Positions 22,626 to 33,763 of a stretch of DNA of 40,199 bases are shown here, in pieces (position 1 is the stretch's first letter; each line of letters begins with the position of its first letter). The DNA lies in assembly GCF_001194135.2 (NCBI RefSeq), contig NC_068984.1:146736912-146777110 (forward strand), given 5' to 3'. The stretch comes from Octopus bimaculoides. Its lineage: Eukaryota. The notes under the pieces were generated by a model. That model searched no databases and had not been told where the DNA came from. It saw nothing but the letters and a program-made list of their open reading frames with translations. The translations under genes were made by a program, and so were the position numbers.

Positions 22626-23624
22626 TAGATGTACATAAATATATACATATATGCAGATGTACATATATGTGTGTGTACATAAGAATATATACATATACAT
22701 ATATCTGTACATAAATATAAACATATATGCATACACATACACATACACACACATACATATATATCCATACATCCACTGGGGTTGTGTATACCAAGCTAGA
22801 TAACATACATTAAACTAGAGATTAATCATGTTTCCAAGTGATATGTTGAAAGGCAATATCTCTCATCAAAGCCTAACTCTATCAATATCTATTTTCGGAC
22901 ATTAACAAGCCTTCGTAGAGAACATGTTTAAAATTACTTTAAACTATAATGACGGTTCAAGCTGAAATCCATTTTTTAAAAATAATCATGCCACTTCAGT
23001 TAAGCCGATTGCAATTCACATCAAATGGTTCCCATAGGAGGTGGCTGGAAACATTGAAAAAGGAACAGAAAAATTACAACGTTTAATAAAAATCAAGGCT
23101 ATTTTGAAACGTTTTAAACTCCATGGTGAATAAAGAATAATAACACGGATGTAAAATCTGTTCTGTTTTCTAATAAATAAGAAGAGCGGGGTGCAAACGA
23201 CTGCCCAATTACACCGGGATAATGTGGTGTTGGTGTTTGGTGTTTGTTAGATTGAGGGTCACTGATGTCATGAATCTGTCACAAATAGGACCCAGAAGCC
23301 TTGAGAACTGCGACCCGCCAATACTAGTGCACTTTCTAATGCCAGTTATGTTTCCCCCTGTTTAATACGAAATAAAGTTGAAATCTGTTCTTGCGCGTTT
23401 AACCTTGTTCTCTGTGTGTATTAATAGATAAATATATAAAGTATGATTATTTAAAAACGTTTAACATGTCTTACGATCGTCCACCGTTCCAAACTTCCTT
23501 CCTAAACTTCCTTCACCCTAAATGTTCGCATATGAATTGTTTCGAATCTAAGTCACAGAGACTTAAGAGGACTGAAAACGGCCGTAAATTTAATGTCGAA
23601 ATTTGATTGTACTTTAAGGTGGCC

Positions 23625-23780
23625 ACATGGCAGGATCGTTAGCACACCTGAGGTCAACTATACCTTTCACCGTTTCGGGGTCGATGAAATAAGTACCAGT
23701 TGCGTACTGGGTCGATGTAATCGACTCATCGCCACCTCCCCCGAACTTTCTGGCTTTGTGCCAAAATTTGAGACCAATAC
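23625..23780 (+). mobile_element. SINE family B, internally deleted
   Basis: TGGCAGGATCGTTAGCACAC|CTGAGGTCAAC...GGGGTCGATGAAATAAGTACCAG...GTGCCAAAATTTGAGACC. Confidence 0.75.
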
Positions 23781-23784
23781 TTGG

Positions 23785-23890
23785 ACATCGGAACGATGAA
23801 AGGCAAAGCTGACCTCAGCAGGATTCGAACTCAGGAAACAAAAATCCTAATCAATATTGTCCGTTCCTCATCGATTTCTGCATCGCCCTT
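23785..23890 (-). mobile_element. SINE family B fragment, inverted relative to its neighbour
   Basis: Reverse complement CTGAGTTCGAATCCTGCTGAGGTCAGCTTTGCCTTTCATCGTTCCG. Confidence 0.65.
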
Positions 23891-26333
23891 ACAGGATTGT
23901 TGCATTTGCATCCAAACCTTTCAGTCTCCAGAGCAAGGTTCGATCTCCTGACCCTGTGTTAAGCAACATCTTCTTTAATCAATCTGTCATTCACGCTTTT
24001 CTATTTTTTTTCATCTTTTCTTTTCTAGAATTTCCTCCTTTGCCCTTCTTCCCCCTCTCTCCTCCTCTTTCTCTCTCCCCCTCTCTCTCCCCACTCTCTC
24101 CCTCTCTCTCTCTCTCCCTCTCTCTCCCTCTCTCTCTCCCTCTCTCTCTCCCTCCCTCCCCCCTCTCTCTCTCCTTCCTGCCAGTAGGTGTGTGTGCGTG
24201 TATGTGTGTTCGTGTGTGTGTGTGATGTTTGTATGTAGATATACATATACATTCACATACACACGCACATGTATATATTTGTTTGCGTCGTAAGTGTGCT
24301 TGCGCCTGCGCAGACGGGCTTAGGTAAGAAGCGTAAAAGACAGAGAGAGAGAGAGAGAAAGAGAGAAAGAGAGAGAGAGAAGGGGAGAGAGAACAGCAAT
24401 ACTTAGAATGGGAAAGCGACGATAGAATTTTACACATAATTCAACTCAGATTAAACAAATTGCAATAAATCATCACCATCACCATCATCATCACCATCAC
24501 CATCGTCTTCATCATCATCATCATCATCATCATCTCGTCCTATACCATTGCTTTATTCTTTTTTCCTCTCCTTCTCTTTCCCCTCGTTTTCTATTCCTTC
24601 AGAAAATGTCATTGTTCCTGTGTCTGGAATGTTTCCAGAATGTTTTTTTTTTTTACCACGCACATGGAACAATGTTTCAAATAAACACTCTATCCCCCCC
24701 ACCACCTCTCTCTCTCTCTCTCTCTCTCATAGTGTTATCTGTATCTTTCTCTTCTGAGATTATCTACACTCGTACATATATATATATATATATATATATA
24801 NNNNNNNNNNNNNNNNNNNNNNNNNNNNNNNNNNNNNNNNNNNNNNNNNNNNNNNNNNNNNNNNNNNNNNNNNNNNNNNNNNNNNNNNNNNNNNNNNNNN
24901 NNNNNNNNNNNNNNNNNNNNNNNNNNNNNNNNNNNNNNNNNNNNNNNNNNNNNNNNNNNNNNNNNNNNNNNNNNNNNNNNNNNNNNNNNNNNNNNNNNNN
25001 NNNNNNNNNNNNNNNNNNNNNNNNNNNNNNNNNNNNNNNNNNNNNNNNNNNNNNNNNNNNNNNNNNNNNNNNNNNNNNNNNNNNNNNNNNNNNNNNNNNN
25101 NNNNNNNNNNNNNNNNNNNNNNNNNNNNNNNNNNNNNNNNNNNNNNNNNNNNNNNNNNNNNNNNNNNNNNNNNNNNNNNNNNNNNNNNNNNNNNNNNNNN
25201 NNNNNNNNNNNNNNNNNNNNNNNNNNNNNNNNNNNNNNNNNNNNNNNNNNNNNNNNNNNNNNNNNNNNNNNNNNNNNNNNNNNNNNNNNNNNNNNNNNNN
25301 NNNNNNNNNNNNNNNNNNNNNNNNNNNNNNNNNNNNNNNNNNNNNNNNNNNNNNNNNNNNNNNNNNNNNNNNNNNNNNNNNNNNNNNNNNNNNNNNNNNN
25401 NNNNNNNNNNNNNNNNNNNNNNNNNNNNNNNNNNNNNNNNNNNNNNNNNNNNNNNNNNNNNNNNNNNNNNNNNNNNNNNNNNNNNNNNNNNNNNNNNNNN
25501 NNNNNNNNNNNNNNNNNNNNNNNNNNNNNNNNNNNNNNNNNNNNNNNNNNNNNNNNNNNNNNNNNNNNNNNNNNNNNNNNNNNNNNNNNNNNNNNNNNNN
25601 NNNNNNNNNNNNNNNNNNNNNNNNNNNNNNNNNNNNNNNNNNNNNNNNNNNNNNNNNNNNNNNNNNNNNNNNNNNNNNNNNNNNNNNNNNNNNNNNNNNN
25701 NNNNNNNNNNNNNNNNNNNNNNNNNNNNNNNNNNNNNNNNNNNNNNNNNNNNNNNNNNNNNNNNNNNNCATAGCAGGCGTTCTCTCACTGGAGCACAGCA
25801 ATCTTTCGAACTTCTGTATCTACCTTAGAAGCTTTGTTCTTTGTTCGTGATGCTGACATCATAAAAATTTAGAAACTTCTAAAGAACGTTAAATGAAAGA
25901 ATTCATTTTTGAAACGGTGAATCTCAAAGTAGATAAATCTATAAATAATATTATGTACCTTCTGGGTTACGAAAAACCCCTTTGGATAGAAAAAGTCGAA
26001 AGCTGATTGTCGGACTGGAACCCTCATCTGAAACGTTCTCTTGAGGTTTCTAAATTCTTATGGCGTCAATACTATGCATTTCTCGCTTTTAAGAGCAGAG
26101 TTTCAAATAATTTGAAGACTTTCTTGGGTCGAATTGTTGGACTCATGTCATGTTTGTGCAGCTTTTGGTATTTTCTATCCAATGTTTTTTAATCGTTAAT
26201 TCGATAATTACTCGTCGTATTATTTTCACGTTCTCTTGATTTTCTGAAATAGAGAATCGCTGGGTAGAAATGGATAGAAGAAAGTAGATCAATGCCTTTT
26301 GAACTGAACTAAGTAGACTCAAGTAGAGCTGAG

Positions 26334-27005
26334 TTGAGTGGCAGAAAAACCGAGTTTATGTTATCATAGCTGAAGAGAAGAGTATATAAGAACATTAGCA
26401 GGGAGCATGACTACACGAAGAGGAGCGACGCAAGGAATTGTGGATCTCCTCAGGAGTGTTTCGTTTCCCACCTTAACTTCCCTGTTAATGTTAATGCTTC
26501 GGCCCTTAACTCTCATGGAGTGATTGAAGGAGTTATTGATCTCTGCAGAAAGCGAGAACTGCGTCAAGTAAATTGAAGCCGAGGAGAACTGAGGAGGTTC
26601 CTTCAAAGAATTCGTCAAATCAGGAATTGCTTATGACTCTTTCCGCATGAACACCGAACAAGAGACTTGAAAAGAAGCTTGATGGTGCAGACATGAGAAT
26701 GCTTCGAGCAGGTCTTAATCTTTCTTGGCAGCAACACTTAACAAAGCAGCGACTTTTATGGCCGTCTTCTTACCATCACTTCAATAATCAGCGAAAGCAG
26801 AAAATTTTATTCAGGACACTGATGGGGGCGCAATGAGGAAATATCTTGCTATCTCTTTTTCTGGAAACCCACGCATGGACGTTGAGATGTCAACAGGCCA
26901 AGTAGAGCAGATATGACTCAGCTCGGGGAAGGCTGGACATTTTCAGGTTGAAGAGATGAAGACAGGAAGGGAAGATTGGGACATCTGGCGTGGAAGAGTG
27001 GCATT
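26334..27005 (+). mobile_element. Decayed RTE-clade LINE, 3' RT/C-terminal region
   Basis: LSGRKTEFM (cf. INAKKTEFM); LEKKLDGADMRMLRAGLNLSWQQHLTKQRL; SGH*WGRNEEISCYLFFWKPTHGR. These match the RTE C-terminal pattern LEK.LDG.YTRMLRA.LN.SW.QH.T...LYG...AGHCWR..EE..S.LLLW.P.HG. Confidence 0.75.
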
Positions 27006-27539
27006 GATCCGGGCAAGTCACCCGATGTATATACTGAACCGATGGATAGATAGATAAAAAGATAGACAGATGGATAGTTAGATAGATAAATAGAACAGCA
27101 AATTTGGAAGAGCTGAGGATAACGTAGGCTTGAGATTAACTAAGCAAAGTCCAACAATATAAATGAGCTAATCAAGGTAGAACGCTTTTGAGTCTGGCTG
27201 AACCGACGTAAACCGAGTAGAGCTGACCATAACCGAATAATGACGAATGCAACCGAGTAGCAGTGAGCTGTTAAGCTTTAGTCAGACAGACTGAAGCCCT
27301 GCTAACAGAATTTATTGAAATGTCACACTTTAGCAGATGTTCGTGTGGCAAGGTTCCTTTTAAACCACACCTACCCACGTATCCAACACGCGCCTGCCTT
27401 CCTTACCTAGGCACCACTTCTTGCTAACCTTTCTGGCCGCCGCCCTCCACATCTGCACAAATGGTATATTTCAGCGCCTTATTAGCGAGGGGAGTGTGGC
27501 AGGTTGTACCCAAGTGAAGCATGTGGTGTCGAGGACTGA

Positions 27540-28190
27540 TCCTGCTGTTGTTGCTGTTGTTGTTGTTGTTGTTGTTACAGTTAAGCGCGTTGTACTATAA
27601 GGGCCACAGCCCCCACTCCTCCACTTCGCTATTCTGCTTTTCACTGTGTCTTTGCTTCATATTGTTATTGCTGTTATTCGGGAACGGCGGTGGCGGTGGC
27701 AAAGGGTGGTGGTGGTGGTGTTGATGGCGATGGTAGTGTCTGCGTTGGCAGCGGCGGTGACGGCGTCAGTGGCGCTGCTGTTTGTGGTGTTGGCGATGGT
27801 GTTGGTAGTAGTAGCAGAAGTAGTAGTGGTGGTAGTAATGAAGGATATCAGTTTTTAAAAAATTTCTTTGCACGGGTTTTTAGCCCCAACACCTCACCCC
27901 CACCCCGCTATGGTGGTGTCAAATGTGTTTGCAGTTATCTGGCTTAAAGTGGGTGGTAGTTGTGCTGGTGGTGTTGGTGGTGTTGGCGGTAGTGACAGTG
28001 GTGGCAGTGGTGGTGGTAGTAGTTGTGGTGGTGGTAGTAGTTGTATATGGTAACAGTGGAAATAATAGTGACAATGATAGTTGCCGTGTGTCGTATTGGG
28101 TGTTAGTGATGATTGCAGTATAGGTTGTGTTTACTGCAGTAGTGAAGTTGTTGTAGGAGTGGTAGTGGTGGCGGTGGTGAGGTTACTATC
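27540..28190. repeat. Degenerate (GTT/GGT/GTA) trinucleotide-rich region
   Basis: Directly visible. Confidence 0.85.
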
Positions 28191-28307
28191 GGGTTGCTGG
28201 TTGGCGGATAAGGTTAACGCGTGCCAGAGCGGCGGCCTTGCTGTAAGACAGAGATAAGTAATACAGAGGAGCTATCTCGAATGTCAGCCACAAGAAGAGG
28301 TCAGGTA

Positions 28308-28407
28308 GGGCGGAGGACGAAGGGCGAAGGGCGAAGGGCGAAGGGCGGAGCTAGTTTATGTTCGGTTACCATTGCAGGCTATCAGCTATTATGTTGTTTG
28401 GGCGGAG
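28308..28407. promoter_or_regulatory. Candidate GC-box cluster with a canonical G-quadruplex motif
   Basis: GGGCGGAG at 28308, 28343 and 28400; GGGCGAAGGGCGAAGGGCGAAGGG at 28322-28345. Function is inferred only. Confidence 0.35.
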
Positions 28408-28463
28408 CGAACTGATAGCGAGCAAAAGCGCAAAAGCAAATGAACTTAACAGCGGAGAGAGAA

Positions 28464-28496
<33 letters not shown>

Positions 28497-28811
28497 NNNN
28501 NNNNNNNNNNNNNNNNNNNNNNNNNNNNNNNNNNNNNNNNNNNNNNNNNNNNNNNNNNNNNNNNNNNNNNNNNNNNNNNNNNNNNNNNNNNNNNNNNNNN
28601 NNNNNNNNNNNNNNNNNNNNNNNNNNNNNNNNNNNNNNNNNNNNNNNNNNNNNNNNNNNNNNNNNNNNNNNNNNNNNNNNNNNNNNNNNNNNNNNNNNNN
28701 NNNNNNNNNNNNNNNNNNNNNNNNNNNNNNNNNNNNNNNNNNNNNNNNNNNNNNNNNNNNNNNNNNNNNNNNNNNNNNNNNNNNNNNNNNNNNNNNNNNN
28801 NNNNNNNNNNN

Positions 28812-28844
<33 letters not shown>

Positions 28845-28853
28845 GTCTTTCTG

Positions 28854-28888
<35 letters not shown>

Positions 28889-29139
28889 CTCTGTCCGTCC
28901 ATCCGTCCGTCCGTCCGCCCGCCCGCCCGCCAGTCCGTCCATCCATCCATCCACCCATCCATCCGTCCGTCCATCCGTCCGTCCGTCCGGCCATCCATCC
29001 ATTACTGTCGCAAGAAGACTAGAATGATTTGTGGTTCTGTTTTTTTCTTTCTCGAGCAATCAAGATGTCGATTACGAAGTTTCTTCTTTAATGTTTAAGT
29101 GTCCTAGATCAGAATTTTCCCTCTAAACAAGACGCCGGC

Positions 29140-29300
29140 CTCTTCCATTCTAGGTCATCGATGTTGAGGGAAGTCGGTTATATCGATCCCTTGAACTTGA
29201 GATGTATATTATCGAATCCAATTGGATGAAAGGTCAAATGTTGACCTCAGCAAGATTTGATCTCGGACTGTAAAATACCGGTCCTAACGGTTCAAGCAGT
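29140..29300 (-). mobile_element. SINE family B (old)
   Basis: Reverse complement contains CCGAGATCAAATCTTGCTGAGGTCAACATTTGACCTTTCATCC...GGGATCGATATAACCGACTTCCC. Confidence 0.5.
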
Positions 29301-29539
29301 TGGTGCCTTAATGTTTTAGTTCGTGGTTAGAATTTATCCAAGACTCTGATTGAAATGTTTGGTTCCAGATAAAATGGCTTGGAATCTACTGCAACACGAT
29401 ACAAAAACTTGTGATTTGAGGCAGCCACCATGATGAATTCCAAGAATAGTTTTTCCCATGGCGTTTAATTAGAGTTTTGTCAAGATGTTGGTATTTATCA
29501 TGGGATCTCTAACCTACTTAAGCTCTTCACTCCTTATGG

Positions 29540-29810
29540 TACATCGCCCATTGACGACTTTCCTGTACTGTTTTCAACTTTGGGGTCCCAAGTCGTGTTG
29601 GTTTTAAATTGCCATCGATGCTCCAGTAACTTTGCTTTTCCTTCTGGGTAGGGGTACTGGCCCTTCACAAACTCAATATTATTCTGGCCCTCCATACACT
29701 CAGTATTATTCTGGCCTCAATCCTTTGACATATCCTGTATGGCAAGCCCTACCTGGAGCTCGTGCCCCGCTGCCATAGCTCTCACGGTCAGTGGGGCACA
29801 CAAAACAAAC
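29540..29810 (-). mobile_element. RTE-like LINE 5' fragment (5'UTR + start of APE)
   Basis: Minus strand KAKLLEHRWQFKTN...VENSTGKSSMGDV (cf. IQEHR...KNS.NA..GGVG); homologous to 327-370. Confidence 0.5.
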
Positions 29811-30060
29811 TAGCACACTGCAACTCGGATTGGATCTTGCGATGGAATCGGGTTCTTGGTCATTGACATGATGTGGATGAATGGTGGATATTTATTGATT
29901 CTCTGAAAGTTAGTTTTAAAGCAGAAAATTTCATAATGGAAATGCATTCCTTGCACAAAACATTTCGGTTACATGACATCATGAGATTGTTTTTTGAAAA
30001 GATTCAGTTTCAGAAATAATGCATGTGGAATACAAGTGGATATCTCAAGGTCATTGTACC

Positions 30061-30098
<38 letters not shown>

Positions 30099-30135
30099 GG
30101 GAGAGAGAGGGAGGGGTGAATTAAAAACATGAGAA

Positions 30136-30540
30136 GTTGTTTATAAAATATTTACTTACGCACCGTCTAACATACTTTCTCTTAACAAAACATTATTAGT
30201 TACATAATGTAAATTACATAATCATAACGTATTATAAAACCTTCAAAGACATGTAATCTTTATACATAACATTACTGGGTCGTTGAATTGCTGACAAATG
30301 TAATCATCATCATCATCATCATCATCGAGAGAGAGAGNNNNNNNNNNGAGAGAGAGAGTGAGAGAGAGAGAGAGGGGGAGAGAGAGAGAGAGAGAAAGAA
30401 AGAGAGCGATCAACTGGAAGTCAACTCTCCGAAGATTTGATAATATGTTTTGATTGTCTAATTTACATTATATAGCTAGTAATCATATTTTGTTAATGAA
30501 ACTTACGTAAGATCGCGTAAATAAATATCTAATAAACAAC
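30136..30540. mobile_element. Fold-back (MITE-like) element with ~115-bp imperfect inverted arms
   Basis: Arms ~30136-30250 and ~30425-30540. Exact complementary blocks: GTTGTTTAT/ATAAACAAC (30136-44/30532-40), TTAACAAAA/TTTTGTTAA (30182-90/30488-96), ATAATGTAAATTA/TAATTTACATTAT (30204-16/30459-71). Confidence 0.7.
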
Positions 30541-31622
30541 CGTTTCGTTTATTTTCCACATCACCAGGTTCCGGATCCATTCCAAATGATACGAGCAGAA
30601 TAACGCGAACTGGAATACACATGCAGTTCTAAATACGGGTCATTTGTAGAGCAGTAACAGTTTGAAATTACACCGTCTATATCGAATTGGTAGTATGTAT
30701 GTGTGTGTATGTATGTGTGTATGTATGTTTACATATGAACCTACTTCTTGGTAACAAACGCAAATGAGGGCAGTAATTCCAGATTCTTCCCTCATTCACC
30801 AAATATAGCAGAAGAGGTTTCATGTAGTGAAAGTGTAGCAGAGCGAACGACGGTGCCCCAACATGGTCGCAGCTCTTGAGCTGAAAATAATATAGGATAA
30901 AGAATATATATATATATATGTATGTATGTATTTGTGTGTGTGTGTGTGTGATTTGTTAATCAGTTCGTTATAGTTGCAGTAAGTTATGGAAATAAGATGT
31001 GCCGCAAAATACAGTGAGCCACATTGAATGACATTCTTTTTTAAAATCATTTTGTATGGAACAATGAGAATCTTTAATGCAATATTCATAATATAGACTT
31101 AGTCTTGCAGCATTTCTTTGTATCGGCCCCGTCTCAAGTGTAATTGTTGAGAAGGTCGCCTGCGTGCGTCAATAGCTTTTCGCTTTGTAGCTCTTTCTAT
31201 TGATGCTTTTACCACTGAGATTCTCTAATCTTGCCTGTTAATGTTATCCAGCTGAGTGGCTTTACAGTAAAATGTTGTTTAATCAATCAAAGCCATAAGC
31301 CACTTAAAGCGGGTTTTGTTACCAGCACAATTGGTCTTGTCACCAACTGTTATAGAAGTATTATTGTGTAAAAATGCAGCTTTGTATTCAAATGCATATC
31401 GCCATTCTCTCAAATATGATAACACAATCGCTTTTGTATATAAATAATAAATAAATGATGCATCTAAGATTCTGATTGGTCAATGAAGGAGATAAGAACT
31501 GAAACATTCCATTGAATTCATCTAAGAGCCTTGCTAGACATTCTATGATATACATTAATACACATATACATACGCACAAACATATGTATATGTGTGCATG
31601 TGTGTGTGTATATATACACGTC

Positions 31623-31654
<32 letters not shown>

Positions 31655-31744
31655 CTGTAACTTGCCTGTTGAGGCGCCGATTTAGCTGAATAACTAAAAT
31701 AACTAATAGCTAATATATATGCATATCTTTTATGGTATATATTT

Positions 31745-31917
31745 TACTTTTTTCAGTCATTGTACTGAGGCCATGCTGGGGCACCGCCTTGAAAGGTTTC
31801 GTCGAACAAATAGACCCCATTACGTTGTTTTTTTTAAAAATTTGGTACGTATTCTTTCGTTGTCTTTTGTTGAACGGCTAAGTTAAGAGAAAATAAACAA
31901 AGACCGATTGTCAAACG
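31745..31917 (-). mobile_element. SINE family A, 3' half
   Basis: Reverse complement ...GGGGTCTATTTGTTCGACG...TTCAAGGCGGTGCCCCAGCATGGCCTCAGTACAATGACTGAAAAAAGTAAAA. Confidence 0.7.
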
Positions 31918-31951
31918 TGCAAGGATGACACATACACACACATACATACAA

Positions 31952-31990
<39 letters not shown>

Positions 31991-32037
31991 GAGAGAGTGA
32001 GAGAGAGAGAGGGTGGTGGTGAGTTAAAAGCGGGAGA

Positions 32038-32114
32038 TTGTTTATAAAACATTTACTTACACGCCATCTTACGTATGTTTCATTAACAAGATATCATTAA
32101 TTACATACTGTAAT
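32038..32114. mobile_element. Solo arm of the 30136-30540 fold-back family
   Basis: TTGTTTATAAAACATTTACTTACACGCCATCTTACGTATGTTTCATTAACAAG aligns to 30137-30190 (direct) and 30488-30540 (inverted). Confidence 0.7.
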
Positions 32115-32569
32115 AAACACACACACATATATAGAGTTATTAATTGCGGATTAATAATGCGGTCAAAACACTTCTTCAGGTTTTTGCTGATACAAATAAA
32201 CCGGGTTAACAAAAGGTTTAGTGATTGGCATTGAGCTCCAGGTAATCCTAAGGCGAGATTCGAAGACAAAGTCCATCACCTGTCGACTTTGTAAATCCAT
32301 GGTTGCATTACCAAATTAATGTTATTTTTCCACGGACTGATTTACAAGAATAACGGGCATAAATAGTAGGCTTCATACATTATTTCTGCATTATAGACAC
32401 AAATATTCTATATATAAAGTTGACAGGAGATCCGGCTGTTATGACGCGACTGGCTGTGTTTCACTGAAAGCTCAAAAACCACTTCGAAATCGCGTAATCC
32501 GGCAGTTCCGGCGCCCGTAGCGGATACAGATACTGCTGCTGTGACCATAAATTATCTTTTAGATTAGGC

Positions 32570-32870
32570 ACAGGCATGGCTGTGAGGTTCCGGGTTCAGT
32601 CTTGGGCAGGTACCTTCTACTAAAGTCTCGAGAATGGATTTGGAAAACAGGAACTGAAAGCAGTGTGTCTCTGTGGCAGTGTCTGTCCCACATTTGGTGT
32701 TGGTGTGTTTACATCCTCGTAATTTAGCGGTTCGGAAATGAAGACCGATAGCATAAGTACCAGGCTTTACAAATAAGAGCAGGGGTCTATTCATATGACT
32801 AACAATTCTTCAAGGTGGTGCCCCAGCATGACCGTAGTCTAATGACTGAAACAAGTAAAAGAATAAAAGA
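32570..32870 (+). mobile_element. SINE family A, internally deleted
   Basis: GGCATGGCTGTGAGGTTCCGGGTTCAGTC...GGAACTGAAAGCAG...TAATTTAGCGGTTCGG...TTCAAGGTGGTGCCCCAGCATGACCGTAGTCTAATGACTGAAACAAGTAAAAGAATAAAAGAA. Confidence 0.8.
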
Positions 32871-32938
32871 ATATATATATATATATATGTAAAACATACA
32901 ATATATAATATACTATAATATACACACGCACACACACA

Positions 32939-32982
<44 letters not shown>

Positions 32983-33036
32983 AATTTAATGTACACAGCA
33001 TAAAGACATATGCTACTAATAGACTAATAGTATATG

Positions 33037-33443
33037 TTTTGTTTATGCGCTTATTAGTCGCAGGATGTCGCCCAGGAAAATTCCCTTTAAGTCGTCGAGT
33101 GTTAAGAGATCACTGAAATGCTGAAACCAAGTGGCACCAGTAATGTTTGCATTATTAGAGCTGCTTCTAATTCAAAAGTTAATCTTGTTTTACTTGTGCG
33201 GTGTTGTTGCACATCAGCACATACACCTCAGACCAGTGAGATCGAATTCATTTTCAAGTCACTCCGTTAGACAATGCTGATGAGCTGAAATAGCGGCGAA
33301 ATATCGATATCCACTGATCTCGTTCATCTACAGAGCAAATAATTTCGCCTGGTTTTGAAGTATTCAGTGTTTTCTTTAACACTCTACTTTTAAAGGGACT
33401 TGCCCAGGATGATAGCCCGCAGCTAATAACGGCATAAACAAAA
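33037..33443. mobile_element. ~407-bp fold-back element with ~110-nt imperfect inverted arms enclosing a hammerhead ribozyme motif
   Basis: Colinear complementary blocks: 33037-48/33432-43 (12 bp), 33051-57/33423-29, 33082-90/33390-98, 33097-105/33376-84, 33111-17/33363-69, 33124-29/33350-55, 33146-50/33335-39. Confidence 0.75.
33272..33316 (+). ncRNA. Minimal type I hammerhead ribozyme motif (palindromic stem III, dimer type)
   Basis: Stem I CAATG (33272-76)/CACTG (33312-16), 4 of 5 pairs. Core CTGATGA (33277-83). Stem II GCTG-AAATAG-CGGC (33284-97). GAAA (33298-301). Stem III is the perfect palindrome ATATCGATAT (33301-10). Cleavage triplet AUC ends at C33311. Confidence 0.75.
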
Positions 33444-33455
33444 TTCATACATACA

Positions 33456-33497
<42 letters not shown>

Positions 33498-33719
33498 GCA
33501 CATACATATATCACATATATATATACACATATATACACATACATATATACAAATATATACACTACATATATACTCATACATATGTACATATACACATACA
33601 TACATATATGCATATATACTTATATATACATATGTATATATACATACATACAAATATATTTATATGCAGACAGAAAGATATAGATGGATAAATATATAGA
33701 TAGATAGGTAAATAGATAG

Positions 33720-33763
<44 letters not shown>

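Noticed and set aside
24301-24328. NRF1-type TGCGCCTGCGCA followed by AG|GTAAG
   Set aside because: A single motif amid decayed TG/GC and GA microsatellites; not enough support for a promoter.
29735-29810. GTGCCCC...GGGGCAC stem in the RTE-like 5'UTR as an HDV-like ribozyme P1
   Set aside because: No P3/L3 (UCCUCG-like) or P1.1 can be placed between the strands, so only a simple hairpin is supported.
30154-32060. Conserved minus-strand GTAAGT in two paralogous segments as duplicated exons
   Set aside because: There is no shared acceptor or open frame, and the third, inverted copy has GTAAAT. These are arms of a fold-back repeat.
33070-33409. GCCCAGGA direct repeats (33070-77, 33402-09) as an 8-bp hAT-type TSD
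   Set aside because: The inverted arms continue ~35 bp beyond them on both sides, so they are internal (CCWGG is quasi-palindromic).
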